A DNA stretch of 64,000 nucleotides from Mustelus asterias (GCF_964213995.1 NW_027590347.1:124001-188000), one strand, 5' to 3'. Counted from the first letter of the stretch, positions 13,948-28,049 are shown. Notes: generated by a model not told the origin, from the sequence alone. Made by a program: numbers and translations.

Positions 13948-15889
13948 TTTGTGTGTGTGAGAGTGTGTGTGCGAGAGAGTGAGAGTGTGTGAGAAAGTAT
14001 GTGTGTGTGTGTGAGAGAGTGTGTGCGTGTGAGAGAGTGTGTGTGAGAAAGAGTGTGTGTGTGAGAAAGAGAGTGTGTGTGTGAGAGAGAGTGTGAGAGA
14101 GAGTGTGTGCGAGAGAGAGAGTGTGTGTGTGAGAGTGATTGTGTGTGTGAGAGTGATTGTGTGTGTGAGAGTGTGTGTGTGCGAGAGAGAGAGTATATGG
14201 TTGAGAGAGAGTGTATGTGTGAGAGAGTGTATGTGTGTGAGAGAGTGAGTGTATCTGTGTGTGTGAGAGACTGAGTGCATGTGTGTGAGAGTGTGTCAGT
14301 GAGAGAGAATGCATGGGTGAAAGTGTGTGTGAGAGAATGTGTGTGAGAGAGAAAGTGTGTGAGAGAGAGAGAAAGAGTGTGTGTGACAGAGAGAAAGAGC
14401 ATGTGTGTGAGTGAGAGAGTGCGTAAGAGATAGTGTATGTGTGTGTGAGAGACAGAGAGAGCATGTGTGTATGTTTGAGTGTGTGTGTGTGTGTGTGTCT
14501 GAGAGTGTGTAAGGAGAGTGTGTGTGTGACCTGATCTTCCTCTACAGTCTATCAGTAACTGAATCACGGGATTAGATGCAAAGTAAAGCTCCCTCGACAC
14601 TGTTCCCATCAAACACTCCCAGGAAAGGTACAGGTACAGCACAGAGTTCGATACAGAGTAAAGCTCTCTCTACACTGTCCCCATCCAACACTCCCAGGAC
14701 AGGTACAGCACGGGGTTAGATACAGAGTAAAGCTCCCTCGTCACTGTCCCCATGAAACACTTCCAGGACAGGTACAGCACGGGGTTAGATACAGAGTAAA
14801 GCTCCCTCTGCACTGTTCCCATCAAACACACCCAGGACAGGTACAGCACGGGGTTAGATACAGAGTAAAGCTCCCTCGTCACTGTCCCCATGAAACACTT
14901 CCAGGACAGGTACAGCACGGGGTTAGATACAGATAAAGCTCCCTCTACACTGTCACTATCAAATAACTATCAAATCTCCACATCATGACAATCAAATATT
15001 CCAATGACAGATACAGCATGGGGATAGATGCAGGGAAAAGCTGCGTCCACATCAAACACACCCAGGACAGGTACAGCATCGGGTGAGATACAGCGTAAAT
15101 CTCCCTCCACATTGTGTGTGTGAGAGAGAATGTGTGTGTGAGAGAGAGAATATGAGTTTGTGTGTGTGTGTGAGAGGGAGAGTGTGAGAAAGAGAGACAA
15201 TGTGTGATGGAGACNNNNNNNNNNNNNNNNNNNNNNNNNNNNNNNNNNNNNNNNNNNNNNNNNNNNNNNNNNNNNNNNNNNNNNNNNNNNNNNNNNNNNN
15301 NNNNNNNNNNNNNNNNNNNNNNNNNNNNNNNNNNNNNNNNNNNNNNNNNNNNNNNNNNNNNNNNNNNNNNNCTGAGAGTGTGAGAGAGTGTGTGTGCGAG
15401 AGAGAGAGAGCGTGTGTGTGTGAGAGTGTGTGTGTGTGTGTGTGAGATAGTATNNNNNNNNNNNNNNNNNNNNNNNNNNNNNNNNNNNNNNNNNNNNNNN
15501 NNNNNNNNNNNNNNNNNNNNNNNNNNNNNNNNNNNNNNNNNNNNNNNNNNNNNNNNNNNNNNNNNNNNNNNNNNNNNNNNNNNNNNNNNNNNNNNNNNNN
15601 NNNNNNNNNNNNNNNNNNNNNNNNNNNNNNNNNNNNNNNNNNNNNNNNNNNNNNNNNNNNNNNNNNNNNNTGTCTGAGAGTGTGAGAGAGTGTGTGTGCG
15701 AGAGAGAGAGAGCGTGTGTGTGTGAGAGTGTGTGTGTGTGTGTGTGTGTGAGATAGTATGTGTGTGTCTGAGAGTGTGAGAGAGTGTGTGTGTGTGAGAG
15801 AGAGAGAGCGTGTGTGCGCGTGAGATTATGTGTGTGTCTAAGAGTGTGTAAGAGAGAGTGTGTGTGAGCTGATCTTTTTCTACACCCTA

Positions 15890-16032
15890 TCAGTAACTGC
15901 AACACTATATTCTGCACCCTTTCCTCTCCTTCTCCCCTGTGCACTCTATGTACGGAATGTTTTGTCTGGATAGCGCACAAGAAACAATACTTCTCACTGC
16001 ATCCCAATACAAATCAATCAAATCAAATCAAA
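15890..16032 (+). mobile_element. 3' end of a Rex1/Babar-like LINE
   Basis: Matches the reverse complement of the 3' UTR at 47370-47530; (AAATC)n tail. Confidence 0.6.
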
Positions 16033-19000
16033 TTAACACGGTGAAGTTTGGACCCTGTGGGGTGACAGTTGTCTGAATACAGATTCTATCTTATTGTAAC
16101 ATTCAGGTACCACGTGTACTGAGCTCACCAGCGTTCTGTCTGTATTGTGTGAATCCAGTCTTGAAATATCCACTAATGTTGCTAATTCTGCCAAGACAGA
16201 AACAGAAAGAGTGTTTGAATTCTCCGTGATTAGACCCCTTAACGATAAACAACATGGTGGATGAGAGGGAAAGAGAGGGAGAGGGAGAGAGAGAGAGAGA
16301 TGGAGCGATGGAGAGTAACAGAGAGATAGGGAGAGGGAGCAATGCAGAGTGTGTGAGAGAGAGAGAGTGTGTGTGTGAGAGAGAGAGTGTGTGTGAGAGA
16401 GAGAGTGTGTGTGTGAGAGAGAGTGTGTGCGTGAGAGAGAGTGTGTGTGTGGGAGAGAGTATATGCTTGAGAGAGAGTCTATGTGTGAGAGAGAGAGTGT
16501 ATGTGTGTGAGAGAGTGAGTGTATGTGTGTGTGAGAGACTGAGTGCATGTGTGTGAGAGTGTGACAATGAGAGAGAATGCATGCGTGAGAGTGTGTGAGC
16601 GTGAAAGTGTGTGTGAGAGAATGTGTGTGAGAGAGAATGTGTGAGAGAGAGAGAAAGTGTGTGTGAGAGAGAGAAAGAGCATGTGTGTGAGTGAGAGAGT
16701 GCGTAAGAGATAGTGCATGTGTGTGTGAGAGACAGAGAGAGCATGTGTGTGTGTGTGTGTGTGTCTGAGAGTGTGTAAGGAGAGCATGTGTGTGACCTGA
16801 TCTTCCTCGACAGTCTATCAGTAACTGAATCACGGGATTAGATGCAAAGTAAAGCTCCCTCGACACTGTTCCCATCCAACACTCCCAGGAAAGGTACAGG
16901 TACAGCACAGAGTTCGATACAGAGTAAAGCTCTCTCTACACTGTTCCCATCAAACACTCCCAGGACAGGTACAGCACGGGGTTAGATACAGAGTAAAGCA
17001 TCGTCTACACTGTTCCCATCAAACAGTCCCAGGACAGGTACAGCACGGGGTTAGATGTAGAGTAAAGCTCCCTCTACACTGTCCCCATCAAACAAACCAA
17101 GGACAGATACAGCACGGGATTAGATACAGAGTAAAGCTCCCTCTGCACTGTCCCCAACAAACCCGCCCAGGACAGGTACAGCACGGGATTAGATACAGAG
17201 TAAAGCTCCCTCGACACTGTCCCCATCAAACACTCCCAGGACAGGTACAGCACGTGTTTAGATACAGAGTGAAGCTCCCTCTACACTGTCCCCATCAAAC
17301 ACTCCCAGGACAGGTACAGCACAGGGTTAGATACAGAGTAAAGCTTCCTCTATACTGTCCCCATCAAACACTCCCAGGACAGGTACAGCACGGGATTAGA
17401 TACAGAGTAAAGCTCCCTCTACACTGTCCCCATCAAACACTCCCAGGACAGGTACAGCACGGGGTTAGATACAGAGTAAAGCTCCCTCTACACTGTCCCC
17501 ATCAAACACTCCCAGGACAGGTACAGCAAGGGTTTAGATACAGAGTGAAGCTCCCTCGACACTGTCCCCATCAAACACTCCCAGGACAGGTACAGCAAGG
17601 GTTTAGATACAGAGTGAAGCTCCCGATACACTGTCACTATCAAATAATCCAATGACAGATACAGCATGGTGCTAGATTAAAGGAAAGGCTACCTCCACAT
17701 TGTGCACATCAAACAGCCCCAGGACAGGTACAGCACAGGGTTAGATACAGCTCAAATCTTCNNNNNNNNNNNNNNNNNNNNNNNNNNNNNNNNNNNNNNN
17801 NNNNNNNNNNNNNNNNNNNNNNNNNNNNNNNNNNNNNNNNNNNNNNNNNNNNNNNNNNNNNNNNNNNNNNNNNNNNNNNNNNNNNNNNNNNNNNNNNNNN
17901 AGTGTGTGAGAGAGATAGTGTGTGCGAGAGAGAGTGTGTGCGAGAGAGAGAGTGTGTGTGAGAGAGAGAGTGTGTGCGAGAGAGAGAGTGTGTGCGAGAG
18001 AGAGAGTGTGTGCGAGAGAGAGAGTGTGTGCGAGAGAGAGAGTGTGTGCGAGAGAGAGAGCGTGTGCGTGAGAGAGAGCATGTGCGTGAGAGAGAGCATG
18101 TGCGTGAGAGAGAGCGTGTGCGTGAGAGAGAGCATGTGCGTGAGAGAGAGTGTGTGTGTGTTAGAGAGAGAGAGTGTGTGAGGGAGATCGTGTGTGCGAG
18201 AGAGAGAGCGTGGGCGTGAGANNNNNNNNNNNNNNNNNNNNNNNNNNNNNNNNNNNNNNNNNNNNNNNNNNNNNNNNNNNNNNNNNNNNNNNNNNNNNNN
18301 NNNNNNNNNNNNNNNNNNNNNNNNNNNNNNNNNNNNNNNNNNNNNNNNNNNNNNNNNNNNNNNNNNNNNNNNNNNNNNNNNNNNNNNNNNNNNNNNNNNN
18401 NNNNNNNNNNNNNNNNNNNNNNNNNNNNNNNNNNNNNNNNNNNNNNNNNNNNNNNNNNNNNNNNNNNNNNNNNNNNNNNNNNNNNNNNNNTNNNNNNNNN
18501 NNNNNNNNNNNNNNNNNNNNNNNNNNNNNNNNNNNNNNNNNNNNNNNNNNNNNNNNNNNNNNNNNNNNNNNNNNNNNNNNNNNNNNNNNNNNNNNNNNNN
18601 NNNNNNNNNNNNNNNNNNNNNNNNNNNNNNNNNNNNNNTGTGTGTGGGAGAGAGTATATCCTTGAGAGAGAGTCTATGTGTGAGAGAGAGAGTGTATGTG
18701 TGTGAGAGAGTGAGTGTATGTGTGTGTGAGAGACTGAGTGCATGTGTGTGAGAGTGTGACAATGAGAGAGAATGCATGCGTGAGAGTGTGTGAGCGTGAA
18801 AGTGTGTGTGAGAGAATGTGTGTGAGAGAGAATGTGTGAGAGAGAGAGAAAGTGTGTGTGAGAGAGAGAAAGAGCATGTGTGTGAGTGAGAGAGTGCGTC
18901 AGAGATAGTGCATGTGTGTGTGAGAGACAGAGAGAGCATGTGTGTGTGTGTGTGTGTCTGAGAGTGTGTCAGGAGAGCATGTGTGTGACCTGATCTTCCT

Positions 19001-20872
19001 CGACAGTCTATCAGTAACTGAATTACGGGATTAGATGCAAAGTAAAGCTCCCTCGACACTGTTCCCATCCAACACTCCCAGGAAAGGTACAGGTACAGCA
19101 CAGAGTTCGATACAGAGTAAAGCTCTCTCTACACTGTTCCCATCAAACACTCCCAGGACAGGTACAGCACGGGGTTAGATACAGAGTAAAGCATCCTCTG
19201 CACTGTTCCCATCAAACAGTCCCAGGACAGGTACAGCACGGGGTTAGATGGAGAGTAAAGCTCCCTCTACACTGTCCCCATCAAACAAACCAAGGACAGA
19301 TACAGCACGGGATTAGATACAGAGTAAAGCTCCCTCTACACTGTCCCCAACAAACCCGCCCAGGACAGGTACAGCACGGGTTTAGATAAAGAGTAAAGCT
19401 CCCTCAATAATGTCCACATCAAACACTCCCAGGACATTCACAGCATGGGTTCGATACAAAGTAAAGCTCCTTCTGCACTATCCCCATCAAACACTCCCAG
19501 GACAGATACAGCAAGTGGTTAGATTTAGAGTAAAGCTCCCTCGACACTGTCCCCATCAAACACTCCCAGGACAGGTACAGCACGGGGTTAGATATAGAGT
19601 AAAGCTCCCTCGACACTGTCCCCATCAAACAGTCCCAGGACAGGTACAACATGGGGTTAAATACAGGGTAAATCTCCCTCCACGCTGTCCCCATCAAACA
19701 CTCCCGGAACAGATACAGCACGGGGTGAGATACAGAGTAAATCTCCCTCTACACTGTCCCCCATCAAACACTCCCAGGACAGGTACAGCACGGGATTAGA
19801 TAGAGTAAAGCTCCCCCCACACTGTCCCCATCAAACACACCCACGACAGATACAGCAAGTGGTTAGATATAGAGTAAAGCTCCCACTTCGCTGTCCTCAT
19901 CAAACACTCCCAGGACATATACAGCACAGGGTTAGATACAGATAAAGCTCCCTCTACACTATCCCCATCAAACACTCCCAGGACATGAACAGCACGGGTT
20001 TAGGTACAGAGTGAAGCTCCCTATACACTGTCCCCATCAAACACTCCCAGGACAGGTACAGCATGGGGTGAGATACAGAGTGAAGCTCCCTATACACTGT
20101 CCCCATCAAATAATCCAATGACAGATACAGCATGGTGCGAGATTAAAGGAAAAGCTGCCTCCACATTGTGCACATCAAACAGACCCAGGACAGGTACAGC
20201 ACGGGGTTAGATACAGCTCAAATCTTCCTCTACATTTTNNNNNNNNNNNNNNNNNNNNNNNNNNNNNNNNNNNNNNNNNNNNNNNNNNNNNNNNNNNNNN
20301 NNNNNNNNNNNNNNNNNNNNNNNNNNNNNNNNNNNNNNNNNNNNNNNNNNNNNNNNNNNNNNNNNNNNNNNNNNNNNNNNNNNNNNNNNNNNNNNNNNNN
20401 GTGTGAGAGAGAGAGTGTATGTGAGTGAGAGATTGAGTGAATGTGTGTGCGAGACTGAGTGCATGTGTGTGAGAGTGTGTCAGTGAGAGAATGCATCGGT
20501 GAGAGTGTGTGAGCGTGAAAGTGTGTGTGAGAGAATGTGTGTGACAGAGAGAATGTGTGTGTGACAGAGAGGAAGAGCATGTGTGTGAGTGAGAGAGTGC
20601 GTAAGAGATAGTGTATGTGTGTGTGAGAGACAGAGAGAGCATGTGTGTGTATGTGTGTGTGTGTGTGTGTGTCTGAGAGTGTGTAAGGAGAGCGTGTGTG
20701 TGACCTGATCTTCCTCTACAGTCTATCAGTGACTGAAACACGGGATTAGATGCAAAGTAAAGCTCCCTCGACACTGTTCCCATCAAACACTCCCAGGAAA
20801 GTTACAGGTACAGCACAGAGTTCGATACAGAACTGTTTCTGTGTTTAAAAATGTACAAATTTAAAAACAAAA

Positions 20873-22550
20873 GCAGACAGGATTTGGTTAAATCTCACGG
20901 GATCCAGGGTGAGGTAGCCAAATGGATACAAAATAGGCTTGATGACAGAAGACAGAGGGTGGTTGTGGAGGGTTGTTTTTTTGTCAAACTGGAGGCCTGT
21001 GACCAACGGGGTGCCTCAGGGATCGGTGCTGGGTCCACTGTTATTTGTCATTTACATTAATGATTTGGATGAGAATCTAGGAGGCATGGTTTGTAAGTTT
21101 GCAGTTGACACCAAGATTTGTGGCATAGTGGACAGTGAAGAAGGTTATCTAGGGTTGCAATGGGGTCTTGATCAATTGGGCCAGTGGGCTGTTGAATGGC
21201 AGATGGAGTTTAATTTAGATAAATGCAAGGTGATACATTTTGGTAGATTGAACAAACACAGGACTTACTCAGTTAATGGTAGGGTGTTGGTGAGAGTTAC
21301 AGAACAAAGGGATCTCGGGGTACAGATTGATAGCTCCTTGAAAGTGGAGTCACAGGTGGATAGAGTGGTGAAGAAGGCATTCCACATGCTTGGTTTCATT
21401 GGTCAAAACATTGAACACAGGAGTTGGGACGTCTTGTTGGAGTTGTACAAGACATTGGTAAGACCACACTTGGAATGCTGTGTATTGTTCTGGTCACCCT
21501 TATAGAAAGGAGATTATTAAGCTAGAAAGTGTGCAGAAAAGAATTACTGGGATGCTATGGGGTCCTGATGGTTTGAGTTATAATGAGAGGCTGGATACTC
21601 TGGGACTTTTTTCCCTTGAGTTGGCTTAGTGGTGTTCTTATAGAGGTCTCTAAAATAATGAGGGCATGGATACAGCAGCTTTATCGAACCTTAGTTAGGC
21701 CGCACTTGGAATATAGTGTTCAATTCTGATCGACACACTACCAGAAAGATGTGGAGGCTTTGGAGAGGGTTCAGAAAAGATTTACCAGGATGTTTCCTAG
21801 GATGGAGGGCATTAGCTCTGAGGAGAGATTGGAGAAACTTGGTTTGTTCTCACTGGAACGACGGAGGTTGAGGGGGCGACCTGATAGAATTCTACAAGAT
21901 TATGAGGGGCATGGACAGAGTGGATAGTCAGAAGCTTTTTACCAGGGTGGAAGATTCAAAATCTAGGGGGCATAGGTTTAAGGTGTGAGGGGCAAGGTTT
22001 AAAGGAGATGTACAAGGCAAGTTTTTTTACACAGAGGGTGGTGGGTGCCTGGAACTCGCTGCCGGGGGAGGTAGTGGAAACAGATACGATAGTGAGTTTT
22101 ACAGAACGTCTGGACAAATACATGAATAGGATGGGAATAGAGGGATATGGTCCCCGGAAGGGTAGGGGGTTTTAGTTCAGTCGGGCAGCATGGTTGGTGC
22201 AGGCTTGGAGGGCCGAAGGGCCTGTTCCTGTGCTGTAATTCTCTTTGTTCTTTGATAAGCTCGTCAACATCTTTTCCAAAAGGGAGGGGAGTCTAAAACT
22301 AGAAGACATAGGTTTAAGGTGAGAGGGGAGAGGGTCCAGAGGGCAATTCTTTTCACACATAGGGTGGTGAGGGATTGGAACAAGCTGCCAGAGGTCGGAG
22401 TAGAAGCGGACACAATTTTATATTTTAAAAAGCATTTAGACAGTTATTCTGGTAAGATTGGTATGGAGGGATTTGGGCCAAACGCAAGGCATTTGATACG
22501 AGCTTAATGGTAAAAACTGGGTGGCAGGGAAAAGTTGGGCCAAAGGGCCC
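20873..22550 (+). mobile_element. Duplicate of the CR1 fragment stack at 5346-7020
   Basis: Near-identical sequence and ORFs (20939-21505), offset by about 15.5 kb. Confidence 0.9.
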
Positions 22551-24629
22551 ATTTGTATCTGAGCTCTGTTTTCTGCCCGGAAACCATTTCTCAATCCATC
22601 CCAGTATTTTCCAAATTTGTGGATTGGACACAGTAAATTGCCGTTTCCTGTCCAAAGCTGTGTAGGTTCGGTGGATTAAGGTAAATGTGTGGGGTTACGG
22701 GGATAGGGCTGGGTCAAGGGCCTTGGTAAGATACTGTGTCAGAGAGTCAGTACAGACTCGATGGGCTGAATGGTCTCCTTCTGCACTGCAAGGATTCTGT
22801 GACTCTACTATTAAGATCCCTTTGTCATTTGAAGCTTCCAGCTAAAATGCTGACAATGCTGCCTATTTCTGTGCACTTTGGCAAACGTTCTGTCTCATCA
22901 CCGGGCGACACGGTGGCACAGTGGTTAGCACTGCTGACTCTCAGCGCCAGGGATCTGGGTTCGATTCCCCGCCTCGAGTGACTGTGTGGAGTTTGCACGT
23001 TTGCTAAATTGCCTCTTAGTGTCAGGGGGATTCGGGCCTGGGTGGGATTATTGTCGGGGCAGGCTTGTTGGGCTGAATGGCCTCATTCTGCAGTGTAGGA
23101 ATTCTCTGGCTCTTGGATCTTAAGTGGTTGATAAAGAGTGAAACTGAGACACAAACTGGGGCTTTGCAGCAGCAGACAGAATGGGAATCATTGCATCCTG
23201 CAGGGATTTTTATTACAGAATCAATTTCAGAAAATTTACAACTCAAAATTAACAACAGCAAAGTGTGGGATTGCAAACTTGGAATGATTAGCCTCGGACT
23301 AAAGTTTAAAAGCTACAGATTGACATTCAGAAACAAGAGATGGCCTCACATCTTCAATTCTGTGATTGTCCCCCATCTCCTGCTCTGAATATTACAAAAT
23401 CTCTGCCCCCTTCATGCGTCTGGAGACTTTGAAAGTTACGCAGACATTGGTAAAACTTTCCTTTATCTCAAGGCGTCTCCTGTGAAATACTCAACTTCTG
23501 CAAAGAGACACAATCTCATTGACACTTTCTGAATCTCCTTTCAAACAACCTCCCAACCCGACTGTGCAGGATGCAGGAATGTCACCTTTTGTCACATTCC
23601 CCAACACAATTGTTGACACGTTTTCGGGACAGGAAAAGTAGATTCAACTGACAGATTCTGAGCCCCAGGTTGAATCTTTAAGATGTAAAAATGAACTGAA
23701 ACCCCAGGTCTCTCTGTTCCTGCAAGTATTTTAACATAGACCCATTGATTTTAAATTGCTTCTCCTGTGTGTAAAATACCATCTATCAACTTCAGGTTTG
23801 AACATTAATAAGCGACTGAGCATCAACTGTGAATTATAGAAGGTCGTTCCAAACTAATATCACACCTGGTGTGGCAAAGTGTTCCTGAATTTCACTCCGA
23901 AAAGTCTAAAACCCTAAACATTGTCTAAAATCCAATGTCCCCCAAGTCCTGTCCCCATCAAAAACTCCCAGGACAGGTACAGCACAGGGTTAGGTACAGA
24001 GTATAGCTCCCTCGACACTGTCCCCATTAAACACTCCCAGGCCAAATACAGCACGGGGTTCAATACAGAGTAAAGGTCCCTCGACACTGTCTCCATCAAA
24101 CACTCGCAGGACAGGTACAGCACGGGGTTCGATACAGAGTAAAGCTCGCTCTACACTGTCTCCATCAAACACTCGCAGGACAGGTACAGCAAGGGTTTAG
24201 ATACAGAGTAAAGCTCCCTCTACACTGTCCCCATCAAACACTCGCAGGACAGGGACAGCACAGGGTAAGATACAGAGCAAAGCTCGCTCTACACTGTCCC
24301 CATAAAACACTTCCAGGAGAGAGACAGCACGGGATTGGGTACAGAGTGAAGCTCCCTCTACACTGTCCCCATCAAACACACCCAGGACAGGTACAGCAAG
24401 GGTTTAGATACAGAGTGAAGCTCCCTATACACTGTCACTATCAAATAATCCAATGACAGATACAGCATGGTGCTCGATTAAAGGAAAAGCTGCCTCCACA
24501 TTGTGCACATCAAACACACCCAGGACAGGTACAGCACGGGGTTAGATACAGCTCAAATCTTCCTCTACATTTTTCCCCATCATTGTGTGTGTGAGAGAAT
24601 GTGTGTGTGAGAGAGATTGTGTGTGAGAA

Positions 24630-26330
24630 AGTGTGTGTGTGCGAGAGAGAGAGTGTGTGCGAGAGAGAGAGTGTGTGCGAGAGAGAGAGTGTGTGCGAGA
24701 GAGAGAGTGTGTGCGAGAGAGAGAGTGTGTGCGAGAGAGAGAGTGTGTGCGAGAGAGAGAGTGTGTGCGAGAGAGAGAGTGTGTGCGAGAGAGAGAGTGT
24801 GTGCGAGAGAGAGAGTGTGTGCGAGAGAGAGAGAGTGTGCGAGAGAGAGAGTGTGTGCGAGAGAGAGAGTGTGTGCGAGAGAGAGAGTGTGTGCGAGAGA
24901 GAGAGTGTGTGCGAGAGAGAGAGTGTGTGCGAGAGAGAGAGTGTGTGCGAGAGAGAGAGTGTGTGCGAGAGAGAGAGTGTGTGCGAGAGAGAGAGTGTGT
25001 GCGAGAGAGAGAGTGTGTGCGAGAGAGAGAGTGTGTGCGAGAGAGAGAGTGTGTGCGAGAGAGAGAGTGTGTGCGAGAGAGAGAGTGTGTGCGAGAGAGA
25101 GAGTGTGTGCGAGAGAGAGAGTGTGTGCGAGAGAGAGAGTGTGTGCGAGAGAGAGAGTGTGTGCGAGAGAGAGAGTGTGTGCGAGAGAGAGAGTGTGTGC
25201 GAGAGAGAGAATGTGTGCGAGAGAGAGAGTGTGTGCGAGAGAGAGAGTGTGTGCGAGAGAGAGAGTGTGTGCGAGAGAGAGAGTGTGTGCGAGAGAGAGA
25301 GTGTGTGCGAGAGAGAGAGTGTGTGCGAGAGAGAGAGTGTGTGCGAGAGAGAGAGTGTGTGCGAGAGAGAGAGTGTGTGCGAGAGAGAGAGTGTGTGCGA
25401 GAGAGAGAGTGTGTGCGAGAGAGAGAGTGTGTGCGAGAGAGAGAGTGTGTGCGAGAGAGAGAGTGTGTGCGAGAGAGAGAGTGTGTGCGAGAGAGAGAGT
25501 GTGTGCGAGAGAGAGAGTGTGTGCGAGAGAGAGAGTGTGTGCGAGAGAGAGAGTGTGTGCGAGAGAGAGAGTGTGTGCGAGAGAGAGAGTGTGTGCGAGA
25601 GAGAGAGTGTGTGCGAGAGAGAGAGTGTGTGCGAGAGAGAGAGTGTGTGCGAGAGAGAGAGTGTGTGCGAGAGAGAGAGTGTGTGCGAGAGAGAGAGTGT
25701 GTGCGAGAGAGAGTGTGTGCGAGAGAGAGAGTGTGTGCGAGAGAGAGAGTGTGTGCGAGAGAGAGAGTGTGTGCGAGAGAGAGAGTGTGTGCGAGAGAGA
25801 GTGTGTGCGAGAGAGTGAGTGTGTGCGAGAGAGAGAGTGTGTGCGAGAGAGAGAGTGTGTGCGAGAGAGAGAGTGTGTGCGAGAGAGAGAGTGTGTGCGA
25901 GAGAGAGAGTGTGTGCGAGAGAGAGAGTGTGTGCGAGAGAGAGAGTGTGTGCGAGAGAGAGAGTGTGTGCGAGAGAGAGAGTGTGTGCGAGAGAGAGAGT
26001 GTGTGCGAGAGAGAGAGTGTGTGCGAGAGAGAGAGTGTGTGCGAGAGAGAGAGTGTGTGCGAGAGAGAGAGTGTGTGCGAGAGAGAGAGTGTGTGCGAGA
26101 GAGAGAGTGCGTGTGCGAGAGAGAGTGCGTGTGCGTGAGGGAGAGTGCGTGTGCGTGAGAGAGAGTGCGTGTGCGTGAGAGAGAGAGCGTGTGTGTGAGA
26201 GAGTGTGTGCGTGAGAGAGAGTGTGTGCGTGAGAGAGAGTGTGTGCGTGAGAGAGAGTGTGTGCGTGAGAGAGAGTGTGTGCGTGAGAGAGAGTGTGTGC
26301 GTGAGAGAGAGTGTATGTTTGAGAGAGTGT
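24630..26330 (+). repeat. Homogeneous 18-bp minisatellite (GAGAGAGAGAGTGTGTGC)n
   Basis: Roughly 80 near-perfect units; gives the RERECV/SLSHTL artefact ORFs. Confidence 0.95.
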
Positions 26331-28049
26331 NNNNNNNNNNNNNNNNNNNNNNNNNNNNNNNNNNNNNNNNNNNNNNNNNNNNNNNNNNNNNNNNNNNNNN
26401 NNNNNNNNNNNNNNNNNNNNNNNNNNNNNNNNNNNNNNNNNNNNNNNNNNNNNNNNNNNNNNNNNNNNNNNNNNNNNNNNNNNNNNNNNNNAGTGTATGT
26501 GTGAGAGAGAGAGTGTATGTGTGAGAGAGAGAGTGTATGTGTGTGAGAGAGTGAGTGTATGTGTGTGTGTGAGACTGAGTGCATGTGTGTGAGAGTGTGA
26601 CAGTGAGAGAGGGTGCATGGGTGAGAGTGTGTGAGCGTGAAAGTGGGTGTGAGAGAATGTGTGAGAGAAAGTGTGTGTGACAGAGAGAAAGAGCATGTGT
26701 GTGAGTGAGAGAGTGCGTAAGAGATAGTGTATGTGTGTGTGAGAGACAGAGAGAGCATGTGTGTGTGTGTGTGTGTGTCTGAGAGTGTGTAAGGAGAACG
26801 TGTGTGTGTGACCTGATCTTCCTCTACAGTCTATCAGTAACTGAATCATGGGATTAGATGCAAAGTAAAGCTCCCTCGACACTGTTCCCATCAAACACTC
26901 ACAGGAAAGGTACAGGTACAGCACAGAGTTCGATACAGAGTAAAGCTCTCTCTCCACTGTCCCCATCCAACACACCCAGGACAGACACAGCACAGAGTTC
27001 GATACAGAGTAAAGCTCCCTCTCCACAGTCCCGATCCAACACACCCAGGACAGGTACAGCACGGGGTTAGATATAGAGTAAAGCTCCCTCTACACTGTCC
27101 CCATCAAACAAGTTATGATGTGGAGATCAATCAAACAAACCAAGGACAGATACAGCACGGGGTTAGATACAGAGGAAAGCTCCCTCTGCACTGTCCCCAA
27201 CACACTCGCCCAGGACAGGTACAGCACGGGTTTAGATAAAGAATAAAGCTCCCTCGATACTGTCCCCATCAAACACTCCCAGGACAGGCACAGCATGGGT
27301 TAGATACAAAGTAAAGCTCACTCTGCACTATCCCCATCAAACACTCCAACAACAGATAGAGCAGGGGGTGAGATATGGAGTAAAGCTCCCTCTACAATAT
27401 CCCCATCAGACAAATCAAGGACAGGTACAGCACGGGGTTAGATACAGAGTAAAGCTCCCTCGACACTGTCACCATCAAACACTCCCAGGACAGATACAGC
27501 AAGTGGTTAGATACAGAGTAAAGCTCCCTCGACACTGTCTCCATCAAACAGTCCCAGGACAGGTACAGCATGGGGTTAGATACAGAGTAAATCTCCCTCC
27601 ACACTGTCCCCATCAAACACTCCCGGAACAGATACAGCACGGGGTTAGATACAGAGTAAAGCTCCCTCTGCACTGTCCCCATCAAACTCGCCCAGCACAG
27701 GTACAGCACGGGGTTAGATACAGAGTAAAGCTCCCTCGACACTGTCCTCATCAAACACTTCCAGGACATATACAGCACAGGGTTAGATACAGATAAAGCT
27801 CCCTCTACACTATCCCCATCAAACACTCCCGGAACAGATACAGCACGGGGTTAGGTACAGAGTATAGCTCCCTCGACACTGTCCCCATCAAACACTCCCA
27901 GGACAAATACAGCACGGGATTCAATACAGAGTAAAGCTCCCTCTACACTGTCCCCATCAAACACTCCCAGGACAGGGACAGCATGGAGTTAGATACAGAA
28001 TAAAGCTCCCTCTACACTGTCCCAATCAAACACTCACAGGATAGATACA

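Noticed and set aside
17254-17655. 23-aa repeat ORFs (RYRVKLPLHCPHQTLPGQVQHGV)
   Set aside because: A consequence of the 69-bp monomer length being divisible by 3; the frame is broken in many units.
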